Positions 14,201 to 27,194 of a DNA stretch of 64,000 nucleotides are shown in pieces. Positions within the stretch are counted from its first letter, which is position 1; every line of letters starts with the position of its first letter. A model generated the notes under the pieces. It saw only the letters and a list, made by a program, of their open reading frames with translations. It made no database searches and was not told where the DNA came from. A program made the position numbers and the translations under genes. The stretch comes from Lingula anatina (Eukaryota; Animalia; Brachiopoda), in contig CM120643.1 in the NCBI GenBank assembly GCA_051362555.1, forward strand, positions 8,246,001 through 8,310,000, in the 5' to 3' direction.

Positions 14201-14677
14201 CAAATGAGCTTATATGATCAAAAAAATATATGCAAGTGTGTTTTCTGCACATAAAGTTCAGTCAATTCAGATTTAAAAAATCTGATGACTACCAACCTTT
14301 GCAATGTTGAAATAAATAAAAATTAAAACATCACTGTTTTTTTAAAAACTTGTTCTTTTTTTGCACAGCAGGTGGAGCTACTGGTACATGGTGTAGCTCG
14401 AGAAATCCCAGTCTTCACTGTACACTGTGCCTTTAAGTTAATGTTCTCATTAGATGTCAAGGAGAGGGGCTTAATAAGTCTTGCCCCCCCCCTCAAACCC
14501 CAGGGCCAATGCCCACTCCAATCCTCTTTTCAATTCTTCTCTCTTCCACTTGCATTGTCCCTTTTTTTCCTTTCTTTATAAATAACCTTCATCTAAGGAC
14601 CCTCCTGCATCAATGATATGTCCTACAGCTTTATGTTATCATTAGGATTGTTTTAGCAAAAAAGAACCGTGGTGATC

Positions 14678-14932
14678 AGGCATTGTAAATGGATTAGGCG
14701 TTTACTAACACCATCCACAGATCTTTTAGCACTAATGGCCATATTAACCACATAACCCATAATTGAACCAGCGCTACCACTGTGGATGAATGTTAGTGCT
14801 AGGTATCGCTTTGTTGGTGCTACATGTGCAACATGTGTCAGTAAATTTGAGAGTTTTGTGGTTAATATGGGTGTGAGTGCTAAAAGATCTGCCAGTAGTG
14901 TTAGTAAATGCCAAATCCGTTTATAAGGCCAG
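14678..14932. mobile_element. Foldback MITE (imperfect ~75-bp inverted arms) downstream of the receptor stop codon
   Basis: GGCGTTTACTAACAC..CAGATCTTTTAGCACT..CCATATTAACCACA pairs with TGTGGTTAATATGG..AGTGCTAAAAGATCTG..GTGTTAGTAAATGCC. Confidence 0.7.
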
Positions 14933-15301
14933 GTGATGGTGGTGGAGAGATGCACAAGAGGCTATATCATGCTGGGACGAAAAAGAAATGTTATAAAATT
15001 TTACCCAAGCATCCCAGAAGCAAACTGCCTTCTACAGACCTACAAGTTTTCCTTTTTCCTTAATGCTATATGAAACATTATATAATTTATAAAAACACAA
15101 CTGTGCGCACAAGGTGCTCTTTACAGTGAGCCTTTTTTTCCACCGGATATTCACACATACTTCTCTTGTTAATTCTCTGTACATTTCTGTACTGTGAGAG
15201 AAATTTTTCAAAAAAAGAAAAAAAGTCACAATCCAGCCCAGGCCTCTGATTATGAGCGAACACACCCTGTGTCCTCCATCCAAACTGGTAACCCTGAATC
15301 C

Positions 15302-18052
15302 CTATGAATCCACCTGGGTAGGAGTGCTGATCATTAAACTGTGATCCACCAAGTCCGTTGTCATTGGGGCACCGGCCTCTTGGACGTCAATGATATTCAC
15401 GTGGATCGTGCTCCCCTGTATTGAACTATTACAGTCAGCCCCTGGCGTGGCTTCTGTGCTGGCGTCTGCGTTACCTCCTTCTGCAGACGGAGATGGTTGG
15501 TTTCCCAGAATGCTGGCGACTATGTCGTATGGAGGCGGAGAGGACGGTTCTTCTGTCTCATCGTCTTTACTACAAAGCTGAAATGGAGAATTATCCTCTA
15601 TGTCATACACGTAACACTTAATGGGCATATGGAGTATGTGTATGCATGTATTTATATACATATATCTATGAGTGTGTGTGTATGCATGTGCATGTATTTG
15701 AGTGCACATATGCAAGCATGTGCATGAGGGTCTATTTGTACGTATGTGAGCCGGTGGAGAGATACATTATTTTTTTACATCATCAATTACCACATCCATA
15801 TTAACAGCATGACATTTGGTTTTTTAATAAGGATTTCGTTAGACATTGAACATATATATCTGTGAAAACACTGCGGTTTCACATTCAGATATGGTAACCC
15901 AACTGCAGTCCCTAGAGCAATTACTGCCATCCTGTAGCTTTCTCATTTGTGCCTTAATTAATTATTTTCAATGGAACTGCATATCAGGCGTGTTTCTAAG
16001 GATTCGGCTTAAAGAGTTTCCTTAACATCATGCTTTTCTCTTGTAATGAATGAATTACCATGTAACATATTAATAACAGTAATTATGAACCTATATTGCC
16101 TGATCAGTGATGCTTAATGTGCTGCGTGATCATATTGTTCTGTACAAGTACACTGTACCCCCATTTATTCCTGCACATAATACGTAAGACTTGACATGGA
16201 ATATTTGTAACCTGTTTTGCATTAAGGAACATATACGTAACTTTAAATCACTTACATGTTTTATGATAGAAAGGGGTTTTTTTCATGTGGTCACTTTATT
16301 TTGTAGTATATAATCACTTTGAAAAAATATGAATGTGTAAATTATGTAAGTGATTTATGATCAGTTAAAATGTGTAATGAGAGAGAGTGAGAGAGAAATT
16401 CCCCAACTAATTTCACAAATGTGGCTTTCTATGTTGAAATTCAAAGTGCAAGGGTTGGCGGTTGCCATCTGAAGTAACGTACTTTAAAAAAAATGAGCAT
16501 TATCTATTTGATTTAAATATAATGTATTGGGTTTTGAAATAAAAAAAAGGGAAAACTGGTGATGTCCTTATGATGGCATTCTAATTTACCATCACATTAC
16601 AACTTATTCACATCAAGGCTAATACTTTTGGTCTGTTGCTTAATATGTTAATGAACACGAGTAATTAAATACCCTATTGATGAAAATAGCATTGGGGCTA
16701 AGACTACTTCAGTGAACAGAATTAATTAACACTGTCATTCAAAAATAGCACCAATGTGTGAACTCAAGTTGTTTTTTCTGTGATGTGCAACAAATGTTAC
16801 CAGCAATTGTATGCACTTAGTAAAATAAAGTTATTCAAGTTCTTGGTATAAGAATATAATGTTTTTTGAACGATTGATTAAAACATCATTGCAAGCATAT
16901 TTATAAAAAATTGAAGATGTCAGGATTTCAGGATTCTTACATTTTCAGTTGATGAGGCAAAATTGCCCAGAAGGGCTTCGTCATAAGTTGGCGGTAGAAA
17001 GGAGTTGACATCAAGGGTGACGAACTCTTTCTGTACTCCTGAACTGTTGATCTCCGTACAATGACTACCTAAAGGATAAATCACAAAACATGGTTGATAT
17101 GTAGCAGAAAATTACTACTGTGAGTTACAGTATTATATTTTTATACACTTGGAATTTAGGGATAAGATAATGTGCAAAACAATGAAAATTATACAACAAA
17201 AAACATTGTAACAATATCTTCCAAAAAATAATAATACATACTACACAGACACAGACAGACGCAGTGATCAGAAAATACACAAACACAAAACAGTGTCTGT
17301 TTATAAATAGAAAGTGCTCATTTCATACCTTAATTTGCAAATAATTTATATGTACCATCGACTTACTTTCTGATCTCCTGGATTGTCGTGCTCTAACTCT
17401 ACGATGTCTGCGTTCATCGGCTGAACAGTACTGCTTGAGGCACAGCACGGTGATAATAAAGAGAGGGACTGCTATGAGGCCCAGTACCACAGGGATAACA
17501 ACTGAGAATATCTTGATGTTTCCTATGGTATCAAAATTAAAGAAAAAAATATGGATAATAAATATATGCATATAAATTATATCTATGTATATAATTGCAT
17601 TATAAATACAGAAACAAAAAGTGTTTTGTTTGAAGTAACATAATCATATTTATGAAAAGAAGATAAAATATGTTGACCCTCAGACTAGCTAGTCCCCTAT
17701 TCTGAATGGAGCCTTAATAGCGTCCTCCCATCCTCAGTCCCCCACTACCCTCCCTCTACTACTTACCACTGCTTACAAATATACCGCCCCTTGATACAGT
17801 CTCATTCTGCCGTATACTGGGGGAGGGTTTGTGGTAATCACAGTGGTTTTCATCTTCATTGGATTCACAGTCACGTACACCATTACAAAGCTGAGCTTTC
17901 GTGACACACATGATGTAACCTTTGTTGATGCAGCGGATGTTGCCAAAGACCTGACACGCACTGGGGAGCTCATACTCTGTAAGTTAAGAAATCAGTTTGT
18001 TTCGGTTTGGATTTTCTTTTGTCTCTTTCTATGTCTTCTATTGTTTGTAGGT

Positions 18053-18094
<42 letters not shown>

Positions 18095-21000
18095 CATTTA
18101 ATCATTTTCTCAAACTGACATGAAATTCATATAATAAATAAATAAATAAATAAATAATATTGACTTGTGCTACTTCTATTTTATTCTGATGACAAATTAA
18201 CTACTGAGTGTAGAAATAATTCTTTTCTTCCATACATGTGCCAAGACTGAATGCACGTGGGCCTGGAGGGAAAGACCTAATTTACTGCTGAATAAAGGAT
18301 TAAAAGCCAATCTTGGCAAGGTGTTCTGTCAAAGCCATTCACCCTACCTCAGGCAAGAGGTGACATTGGCTTACGTCAAAGATGGTCTTAAAACATGTTG
18401 TATGGCATTTCTGAGTTGGAACATAAGATTAATGGTGGGCAAGAAAATTGTTCATCTTAACAATGGTCTGCTGTGACAGGCACAGTACTGAGTTTCACCT
18501 TACTATATTTTTTCCTTTTCAAGCCATATATGTTACAGGTAAAAAAAAAAAAAAAAAAAAAAAAATTGCTCAAGCATGACTCATTTCACATTCTATTTAA
18601 AATAAAATTCACAGACAAACACAATAACTTTGAATTCATTTATAAATGGCAATATATATAATAACTGTTTTTTAATTATTAATCATTTAATTTTTAATTG
18701 TTAAAACAAGAAAAAAAAACTTACTCGATATTGTACTACATCCAGATGTATAATACTCTATGGAGTCTCTGGAAATACAGCTTTTTGACTTTGGGCTAAA
18801 GACATATTCGTAAGGATGAAGACTATTGTAGAGGGAGCCACATGAGATCAACTTTGGCGTCCCATTTCGACACTGGTAGAAGTAGGGTGAGCAGATGGCT
18901 GTGGTTCCATCCAAAGCAGGCCAAGAACTGCCTTCAAGACATCTAAAGGAGGTGCTGTGAACTGTTGGCAAAAAAAAAAAAAAAAAAAAAAATCATGTTT
19001 TTACTAAAAATGTTCATTTCATATTATATTTTAATTAACTTAACGATCACGCCAATATCTTATCGGTTGTAAGTTTTTCCATTTCTTTACATACTGAAAA
19101 TTTTACAAAATCTGATTTTCTAGGCATGCAGTCAACTAACAAACCAAAAATAGGTAAAAAAACCAATAACCAATAATGAGGTAAAAAAAAAAAATTAACC
19201 TAGCTCACAGAGTTACAGACACTTGATGAGAGAAAATGTAAAGTTTGCAACTGCGTAGAGGATGAAAAACACTTCCTCATGGAACATGCAAGATATACTG
19301 CTGAATGGCAAAGAAAGCATGATGAACACTTGATAATCAATATAGTGAGGAAAGTGGTCAGGTATTGTCAAATCTCCTTCATCCACCCTGTGAAAAAAGT
19401 CTTGAAGTAATAGCAGATTTTGTGAGATTACTGTGAGAATACACAGTTCACCTGTCATTTAGTGCATCACAGCCACTAATTGTTGATAATGTTGTGAATA
19501 GCTCATTATTCACTTGTAAAGATAACACACATTAGTACATGTGTAACTTAGCAATGAATAAACATATATATATGTACAATATATAAATGTATATCCTTAT
19601 ATATTGTGTAAATACTGTAGTTTAGTGAGCCTGCAAATGTATCCTCATACCACCTAATGCTCAATAAACTTATTATTATTATTATCATTATTATTATTAA
19701 TCTGGATGTCTTTAAATGCTTCTCCAAACTACCAGTACTGCATGAACAGTGGTAGGAGAGAGTGGATGGCTCTCGTTTTTCACTAATTATTCAACAATGA
19801 AGGGAGGAATTTCACCAAAAATAATAAAAAGTACTGTTGGATTGCACTGACATAAATACATGTAAGTCCTTTTGACAAATGATTCACTGACATGATGCTT
19901 CCTTTCTTATGATACATTTTAAGTCATATAATCATGCCTCATGGCAAAATATGGATTTCTTAAGTAAAATACATTTAAAAATAGGAGCAGGAAATAATGT
20001 GTCAGCATTTAAAAACTTGCTTCCTTTTAATTTGAATAAGGAAGTACGATTATAGCTATCTATTTCCTTGATTCAAAATACAAATAGAGAAAATCAAATC
20101 CAAAGAGGCATGCATTTATCTCTATTAGATACTTAAATCTTTTAAAATGGCCAGTTTAGATCAAAACAAAACTGAATTTTTTAAAAATATCTTTCAAAAA
20201 TAACTGTTTGCCATGATTACACATAAAAAACTCCATGATTACACATAAAAAACTCACTTTCCCATCGAGTAATTCATTTTAGTACAGCTACATTGATACA
20301 TTTTGAAATCAATTTGCCGTCACTATTTTCCCTACTACTGTTTAGGTAGTTAATTAATTGGCTCTGTTGAGTGCATGGGGACACTGTTAAGTGTCTCTCT
20401 CTCAAACACATATAATAATTAACAAAGGTGTCTCTTAATAAGTATTTAGTATACCTGTACAGCTGTTTTGCTGAAGCTAGAATACCATGTGATATGAAAA
20501 GGCCTAAGAGCGCATTCAGAACAGCCGACTACCAGATCTGCAGATCAAATATGGTGACCCACTAAAAAGCTTGCCACTCAATTCCTGATGAAACACAGAA
20601 GAGATTCCCCACTGGGATTTACACAACAATTATAAATATTCAAGTGGCAGCCATATTTGATCCACTGTTATGCATGTGCTCTTAGTCTAATAAAATTCAG
20701 GCCCGTAGCCAGGGGGGGTTCGGGGGGTTCGAAAGAACCGCCCCTTTTGCTGGGAAAAGGTCCACTCTGGGTAAAATTTGTTCTAGGTACTTGAAGGTTA
20801 TATGGGAAAAGGTCCACTTTTTCAGAAAAAGAACCCCCCTTTTGAAATCGCTGGCTACAGGCCTGAATATTATGGGCTATTGCATTCAGAAAGGCAGTGG
20901 TGTTACAATGCAACTGACATTAATCTGGTTTACAAGGAAACGGCTGGTTTGCATGTCTGTCAAGTCTACTTCAGACCAAGCAATGACAGCAATTGTTGAA

Positions 21001-21604
21001 GGCTGGAAGCCAATGAACCAAAAGATTTCAAATGTTGCCAGAAGGTGGATTATACACGACAGCTCTACTGCACAGTACATGTATCACATACATCTCGCTG
21101 ACTCATGGTGTATCTATTACATACTTGCATCACGAAATGGTTGGTTTAATTGGATAATTGGCATAGTGGTAACATTAGAATGCCTGTAAACAGTGCAATG
21201 ACATTCACGCAAGTCAGCAGCCCACATAATATATGGTAACTGCTTGATCTTTTCGATGGGGAAAAATTGTGAATTTTACAGATATATTTGAAGTCATAAA
21301 TTCTTTAAATTCGAAAATTCTTCTTGAGTGGTAGCAACAAAATTAAAATGTTGGCTTATCTTTAGATCTATTCCATGCAGTAAATGTAACACAAATGCTG
21401 CATAGAAATATAGTTTTTGTGATTAAAAATTTATGCACCTGAAAGTTTGATAATTTTCGCCCATTGAAAAGATTGAGTAATTGCGGCATCCTGTCTAACA
21501 AAAAGAGGAAAAAAGAACTCACCTTCTCCACACTGTAGCATCCACATTAAAGAGGTAAGCACCATTATGTCTGTAGATGCAACTTTCCTCTTAAAGCGAG
21601 TCAT
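15302..21604 (-). CDS. Single-pass type I membrane protein: signal peptide, chitin-binding type-2 (CBM14/peritrophin-A) domain, LDL-receptor class A module, TM helix, cytoplasmic tail with two PPxY motifs (362 aa)
   Basis: Six exons join in frame with canonical splice sites: 21604-21523 (MTRFKRKVASTDIMVLTSLMWMLQCGE), 18961-18725 (six-Cys CLEG..CSPYFYQCRNGTPKLISC..VFSPKSKSC..C), 17976-17767 (CQVFGNIRC..CVTKAQLCNGVRDCESNEDENHC), 17522-17367 (IFSVVIPVVLGLIAVPLFIITVLCL, then basic stop-transfer), 17068-16941 (LPPTY) and 15577-15302 (PPPY...stop). Total 1089 nt. The domain exons are symmetric phase 1-1. Confidence 0.85.
19213..19699 (+). mobile_element. 5'-truncated, degenerate LINE (CR1/L2/Crack-like) remnant, antisense within receptor intron
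   Basis: From 19222 the frame reads LDERKCKVCNCVEDEKHFLMEHARY, the C-terminal CxxC..EDExHFL..C..Y motif of CR1/L2-group ORF2. It is followed by a UTR, AATAAA (~19663) and a (TTA)n tail. Confidence 0.7.
20508..20667. mobile_element. Palindromic PIF/Harbinger-like MITE, truncated copy
   Basis: GCGCATTCAGAA..CAGATCTGCAGATCAAATATGG ... GCCATATTTGATCC; same family as 26876-27062. Confidence 0.65.
20698..20865. mobile_element. MITE with CAGGCCCGTAGCCA / TGGCTACAGGCCTG TIRs
   Basis: Clear 14-bp TIRs. Second copy at 39483-39646 and a probable fragment at ~11380-11520. Confidence 0.8.
21234..21486. mobile_element. Tc1/mariner-like MITE (TA-flanked, CGGTAATTACTCGATCTTTTCAATGGG-type TIRs), decayed copy
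   Basis: Homologous along its length to 28882-29133; inverted termini GATCTTTTCGATGGG / CCCATTGAAAAGAT. Confidence 0.65.
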
Positions 21605-23818
21605 GATTCTAGAATATTAGTTAAAAAAAAAAACAGGTTAAAAAAACAGATCTAAGTAATTGTTGAAAATATTTTCATCATGTACATCCAGGTCACCTAT
21701 ATGTGATTATTACTGTTCCACTTATTTCAGTTATTCAACACCTTACACAACATTTTTTACTTTAAGTTATGCAAGTTTTTTCTTCTGTAAATTCATGGAT
21801 TAATGTCTTACTGTCTGACAATTAATGTATTTTTATTAAAAAAATCTGTCGCCTTAATTTACAGACACTAGCTGTTTCCTCTCTCCACTGAACTCTCCCC
21901 CTCCAATCCCTCCAACCCACAAAAAAATCTACTATAAAAAGTAATAAATTTTAAGCTGCGCCTAATGTTTGCTCTCCTATTGTCTCAATCTATTATTAAC
22001 GATGCATCATAATCTTCTCAAGTTTTACTTATCTTCTTTCTTTTTGTTCATATGTAACTAATTCTATGACAATAGCCTGAAGGTTTTACAGTGCACACTT
22101 GGACCAATGAAACCTTTAATAAAAAACTGATGAAAATGTTATGAATTTTCAAACCAGTGAACCTTCAGACTGTTGAGATACACCTTTAAATTGAGCTGAG
22201 GCAATAAAGGAATATCTGTTGTATATTTTCATACTGAATGAATGAATCTTCTTTAAATCCCAGACCCCAATATCCCAACCCCCTTACATTACCCCACAAT
22301 ATCCCTGACCCATTTCCCTACTAGTACCTCCCCAACCTAACATATTATCAAGGTTGAAGCACATGATTGTTAGACCTTTATAGAACACTAAATTATTAAA
22401 ACACTTAAAAGATATCCAATGTAGGATTTGAAGTGCATTCTAAGTGCATGGATTGCTTCATGTTGAACTTGTCTGAGGGCATCTATAAAACTCTTAAAAC
22501 ATAAAAATCTTAATCAATATCACCAAAAATTAATCATATTCACCGTCCTCTGCCAACCTCAGTAGGCAGCCATCTTAACACAGATTCAAAATAGTGCGGC
22601 TCGCTGCATGAAAGTCTTGCAATATCTGGAAGTCATGTCAATGGAATGAATCTCATATCTGGAAAGCCTCCAATTAAGAGCTGATTTTGATCTTTGGCTT
22701 TTTCCAAAATTATTACAGAGTTACGGCTGGTGTCAGTAAAGGGAGATTGAAGGATAATTTGTTAAATAAGAGTTTTTGGCATGAAAATTCTCCTTTGGAT
22801 ACCTTTAAGTTTTCCCATGTACCATATCTATAATTATACAAGCATTCACATAAATCCATCATTGAGTTCTCTGTTTTATTTTTTTAATCCTCCTCATAAT
22901 GGAAATACAGACTGGTGAATTTCACTCATGATGGTAATATTTAGAAATTCAGAAATCAAAATTTCCTCAATGTGGGGATCTGATGCTGGATCACCTTGGT
23001 GACAAAGAAAACACTGCTGAATTTCCCAGAAAAAAAAGTAATTTGTTTTGCATATATTTATATGAATTCCCACAATGATTATATACATAACCACTTAATT
23101 CTCCCTTCACACATGATTATGTCTTTATTCTCTGTTAAATTATCACACCTCCTGATGTCTGGAAACAGTGTTTCAGCAAATTATGTCCAGTGACTTCATT
23201 CAACCTACAGTACATGTAGGCCCTACAGGATCAGGTTTTGTTCATAAAACGATTAGAAATTTATGGGTAGACAATTAAGAGAGAAGAGATCGAAATAACG
23301 GATGTACATGAAGTACAAAAAAAAAAAAAAAAAAAAAAAAAAATCCTTTTGTTCTGCTGCCTCTCCCAAGTCTCAATAACCAAAAACCTGATCCGATCTC
23401 TACACGCAAGTCTCCCATTGTTTCTCAGTTATATTCACCAGGCAACATCTCCAACGTTATTTTTCAGTTAAAGCCAAACTATAACAATGGTATGACTTAG
23501 CATACAAACGCGCGGCACTTTTTATTTCCCAAACAAAGGCACTGTGATCCTACCATTACAGCCATAATAAAAATTGCTTGTTTAGATGTAGGCCTACAAC
23601 ACACGGTAGATACATCGGTTTAAAATGTACGTGAATACAGGTTTTCCAGGTAGTTTTGACGTTGGAAATCAAACCGGTCAAATAAAATATCATTTTGAGT
23701 CAGTCGTATTCACTGTTGTCTCAATGGCATTGTGATATCTCGTTAAATTATTCAGTGTCTGTGTGCCGCCAGCAGAAGCAGACGCTTTTTCTTTATCAAT
23801 ATCAATATTAGCACTCAC

Positions 23819-24140
23819 CTTTCTTAATTGAACGTATTCCACTTCTCCTAAAACTCTATCCGTGCGTTTTAAATGGCCTATGATGAACTGCTGATGAGAG
23901 GATTGTTCGGTTTTCCTCTTGAAATGAGTCGAAGATGACTTTACCTTTATTTGTTATATGAGATAAATGCTAGTCACGACCAGCGCCGTCTTGTTATATT
24001 TACATTAAGTTAGGCCGATGCGTCACTCTAACTCAGGCTTCTCCGTATTATCAAAACAAGTCTCGCGCGTAAATTAACCATCATAAAACAATTTCAAAAT
24101 ATTCTCATTTTTGCTTTCGCGACCATTACGTCACTCAATA
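23819..24140 (-). promoter_or_regulatory. Probable promoter/first non-coding exon region of the CBM14-LDLa receptor gene
   Basis: CpG density rises abruptly from ~23.4 kb. Minus-strand donor sites at 23818 (GTGAG) and ~23944. TCTCGCGCG at 24061 and CRE-like TGCGTCA/TTACGTCA at ~24019/24126. A further putative 5'UTR exon lies at 22544-22680. Confidence 0.4.
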
Positions 24141-26400
24141 TAATCGATATGATTGGTAAGAATTCGAAAATAATGCAAGTTATACAAAACATTGAAACAA
24201 AGGAAGAACTAATGAGTCGGATTATTAGTTGGTTAAGACCTGCTGAATTAAATACGTCATCCGGAATTTTAGCGATCAGCAGGTGCATATAGGGCATGCT
24301 ATATAGTCTTTGTTCACTATTCAGGATGCTACCCGGTCTGCTTTCAGCACACATAAAAATAGAGTTATAAAGTGTTTCCTGGAAACAAGTCATAACTTTG
24401 GGAATTTTATTAAAACATTCCCTTAATGTAATAAAACCCGAAATTTAAGTTAAAGCAATTTTCCAACACCCGCATTACCATGCAAACTCGTAACGGGGAA
24501 TGCCCGCATTTTTTAAACGTATAATGAATATCCTCTTTTCGTTTAACCAACATAGGGGTTACCTTTTACGTGGTTTGTATTAAACAAACTGTTCATGCAT
24601 ACACATACTGAGTACAGTGCTGATGAATTTTAAGGATATCCAAGACTTGCACTTATCTACCTGAATTCAAAGAAATTCCAAAGAATTTTTCAGATTTGCG
24701 CCCTATCGTTGTCACTGCTTTAAAAAAAGTCATTTTTGTTACGATTTACACCTTCAGTGGCTTGAAGGGGTTGGTATCCCATAGTTACGTTATTAGATAT
24801 CCAACGAAGGAAAAAAATAAGTGTCTTATGTAACGCATATTAATTTCACTGCTTGTGATAAGCGTGTTTTTTTTTTTTTTTTAGAAAACCTGAATACAGA
24901 TCCCCATTACCCTGTTGCAGTTTACATAGCCTACCTATATTCTGTAACACTGAGCATTTATTTTTTTCTATGTATTTTCCTCTGCGATCATTACTTTTTA
25001 GATCTTGGCCTTAACAAATGCACGTCCTGCCACCTGCCCGTTGAAATAGTTGACCATTTTATCCACATTTTAATTCTAGTCTTAATTAAATGCCTCATTG
25101 CATTGAGCTGACTGAGGCAAATTGATTAAACTTTTTTTTTTTCTTTCTTTCTCTTGGCTTTTTTCAATAAAGTCCACAGCTGACTTCTATTATATGCAAG
25201 TTTCCACTTAATACATACTACCTCATTTTAAATGATGAAATCTAAAAAAAGGACGGTTTTCCACTTTGCATTTAGGTAACCTATAGATATATTGATCATT
25301 ACAACCAGCCAGGTCCAGTATTCTGTATATGTATAATACCAACTAAGCGTGCAAAGTTTTAATCAGGACTCACATGTAAAATGATTACATGTACTCCCGT
25401 CATGTTAACACATACGTACATTGCTTGCGTTTGAAATTAATCCACACAGAACCGTCCAATATTTGGTGGAGCTAAGACCAACATAACGTAATTGGATGTA
25501 CTCAATTCAAAGACAATAAACAGGAAAATCAAAAATACCAGGTGATTTGCCGTCAGCACGTAAGAGACATCTCTTTGAACACGTAAGAGAAAACAAAGCC
25601 AAAAAGCGAAATTAATGAAACTCCACCTAAAACGCGAAGGATTGTTAACTACTGTATATGTCATAGGATTCAGCAATTATTTTCCTTTACATTTCCTTTT
25701 TTAATTTTGGACGAGATCAATTTTGTTACCCATAGAATACAAATGGTATTACATGACATTAATTAATTTTTAGGCGCAGGCAACAGGTCAATAAATGATG
25801 CATCAAATTACCAGTTGAATAAAATAATCCATAATACAATGGGTTACTATAGGAACGTGTTGTAAACAAATATGAACTGGAGAGTGATATTAGATCTAAT
25901 TAGTGGAGATAATTACAGCTAGATTTTATTAGCTTAGCTTTTGTTAATCTCATTGTTCGGATGGACGTAGGTAAAAATGTATATCCGATTCTAGTTGCCT
26001 ATAATAAGTGACGTCCTCTGCTAGGTGGACGCTGACGCAAGGACCTCAATGTGTCGGTTTCTCTGACTTTTTGGATTTGTGCTTAACTTCTCGCTGGACT
26101 AGATTAGTTATATTAAAGCACAAAATGGCCCGAGAAATATATGTGAATATCTAGAACAAAAAATAAATCTGTAGTTTAGGTTGATAATGACATTCCCTGC
26201 CTTACAATCCAAGATCTGCCTTTATATCGAAGCAGCCGACACGACGATTTTCTCCATACATGATTAAGACACGGATATTTTGAATATTTTCAAACTGTCT
26301 GCTTTTTTTTTTTTCCTGTTTCAATTACTTGTAACGTGACAAACCCACGGCCTGCTATTATAACACTTCCTGGGACTACAAAACTGGATGTGGTGTCATA

Positions 26401-26615
26401 GGCTGTATTCCCAGAGCTTTTAGATCGATCTATCCCCGCGGGGAGTCTCACTAGATTACTGTCAGATAATCCGGCTTAAATGTCCGTCCCGCCTACTACA
26501 AGCTGTAAGGGGGTAATTAACTTTCGTGTCCGCTCGGCTGACAGCTATTTAGCGTTAACCCCCAGGGAGTTAGGTCGATCTAAAGTAGATCGATCTAATC
26601 TCTGGAAATGGGGTC
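26401..26615. mobile_element. PIF/Harbinger-like MITE (TAGATCGATCTA family)
   Basis: Inverted arms with TAGATCGATCTA and CCCC..GGGAG motifs; shorter, internally deleted copy at 38340-38485. Confidence 0.7.
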
Positions 26616-26875
26616 ATAGATGCTTTTTCAAAAACACCCAAACCATTATATATGCCATGTGACTTTCCATAACATACTTAGAAATAAGGATGGTCTACAC
26701 GAATAGTTGTCTTTCCTTTATATCCCATTAGACTTTTCGCCACGTTTTCTTCAATCTTACTTACATCACCTAATACTGAGGAAGCGTGATGGTCCATAAA
26801 GATAATTGTCTTTCCTGTCACTTATCTCCCAATCATACTATATTTTTTCCTTTTTGCGTTCTACGGCAAGTAAAT

Positions 26876-27062
26876 GGGCGCATTCAGAAAAGCGGACTAA
26901 CAGATCCGCGGATCAAATATGGCCGACCACTTGAATGCTTGTTGCATAATCCCCGCGGGGAATCTTTTCAGTGTCTAATCAATCGGGAATTAAGCGGCAA
27001 GCCTTTTAGTGGGTCGCCATATTTGATCCGTGGATCTGTTAGTCCGCGGTTCTGAATGCGCT
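26876..27062. mobile_element. Palindromic PIF/Harbinger-like MITE, best-preserved copy, just 3' of RBIS
   Basis: GCGCATTCAGAA.AGCGGACTAACAGATCCGCGGATCAAATATGGC pairs with GCCATATTTGATCCGTGGATCTGTTAGTCCGCGGTTCTGAATGCGC. Confidence 0.8.
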
Positions 27063-27194
27063 TAAAGATAATTGTCTTCCCTGTCGCTTATCTCCCAATC
27101 ATTCTATATATTTATCTATTTTTTCTTTTTCGTTCAAAAATCGGAAATTTAGAAACCGAAATAGAAAGTTACATTGGATGGTTAAAATTCAGTT

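Noticed and set aside
25995-26295. Two exon-like minus-strand segments between RBIS and the receptor
   Set aside because: Splice-like boundaries are present, but joined frames hit stops and no protein is recognisable; at most non-coding exons.
5545-27194. An E2F gene between LRRCC1 and RBIS as in human
   Set aside because: No E2F DNA-binding motif (RRIYD) exon was seen by eye; a tBLASTn search would be needed to exclude it fully.
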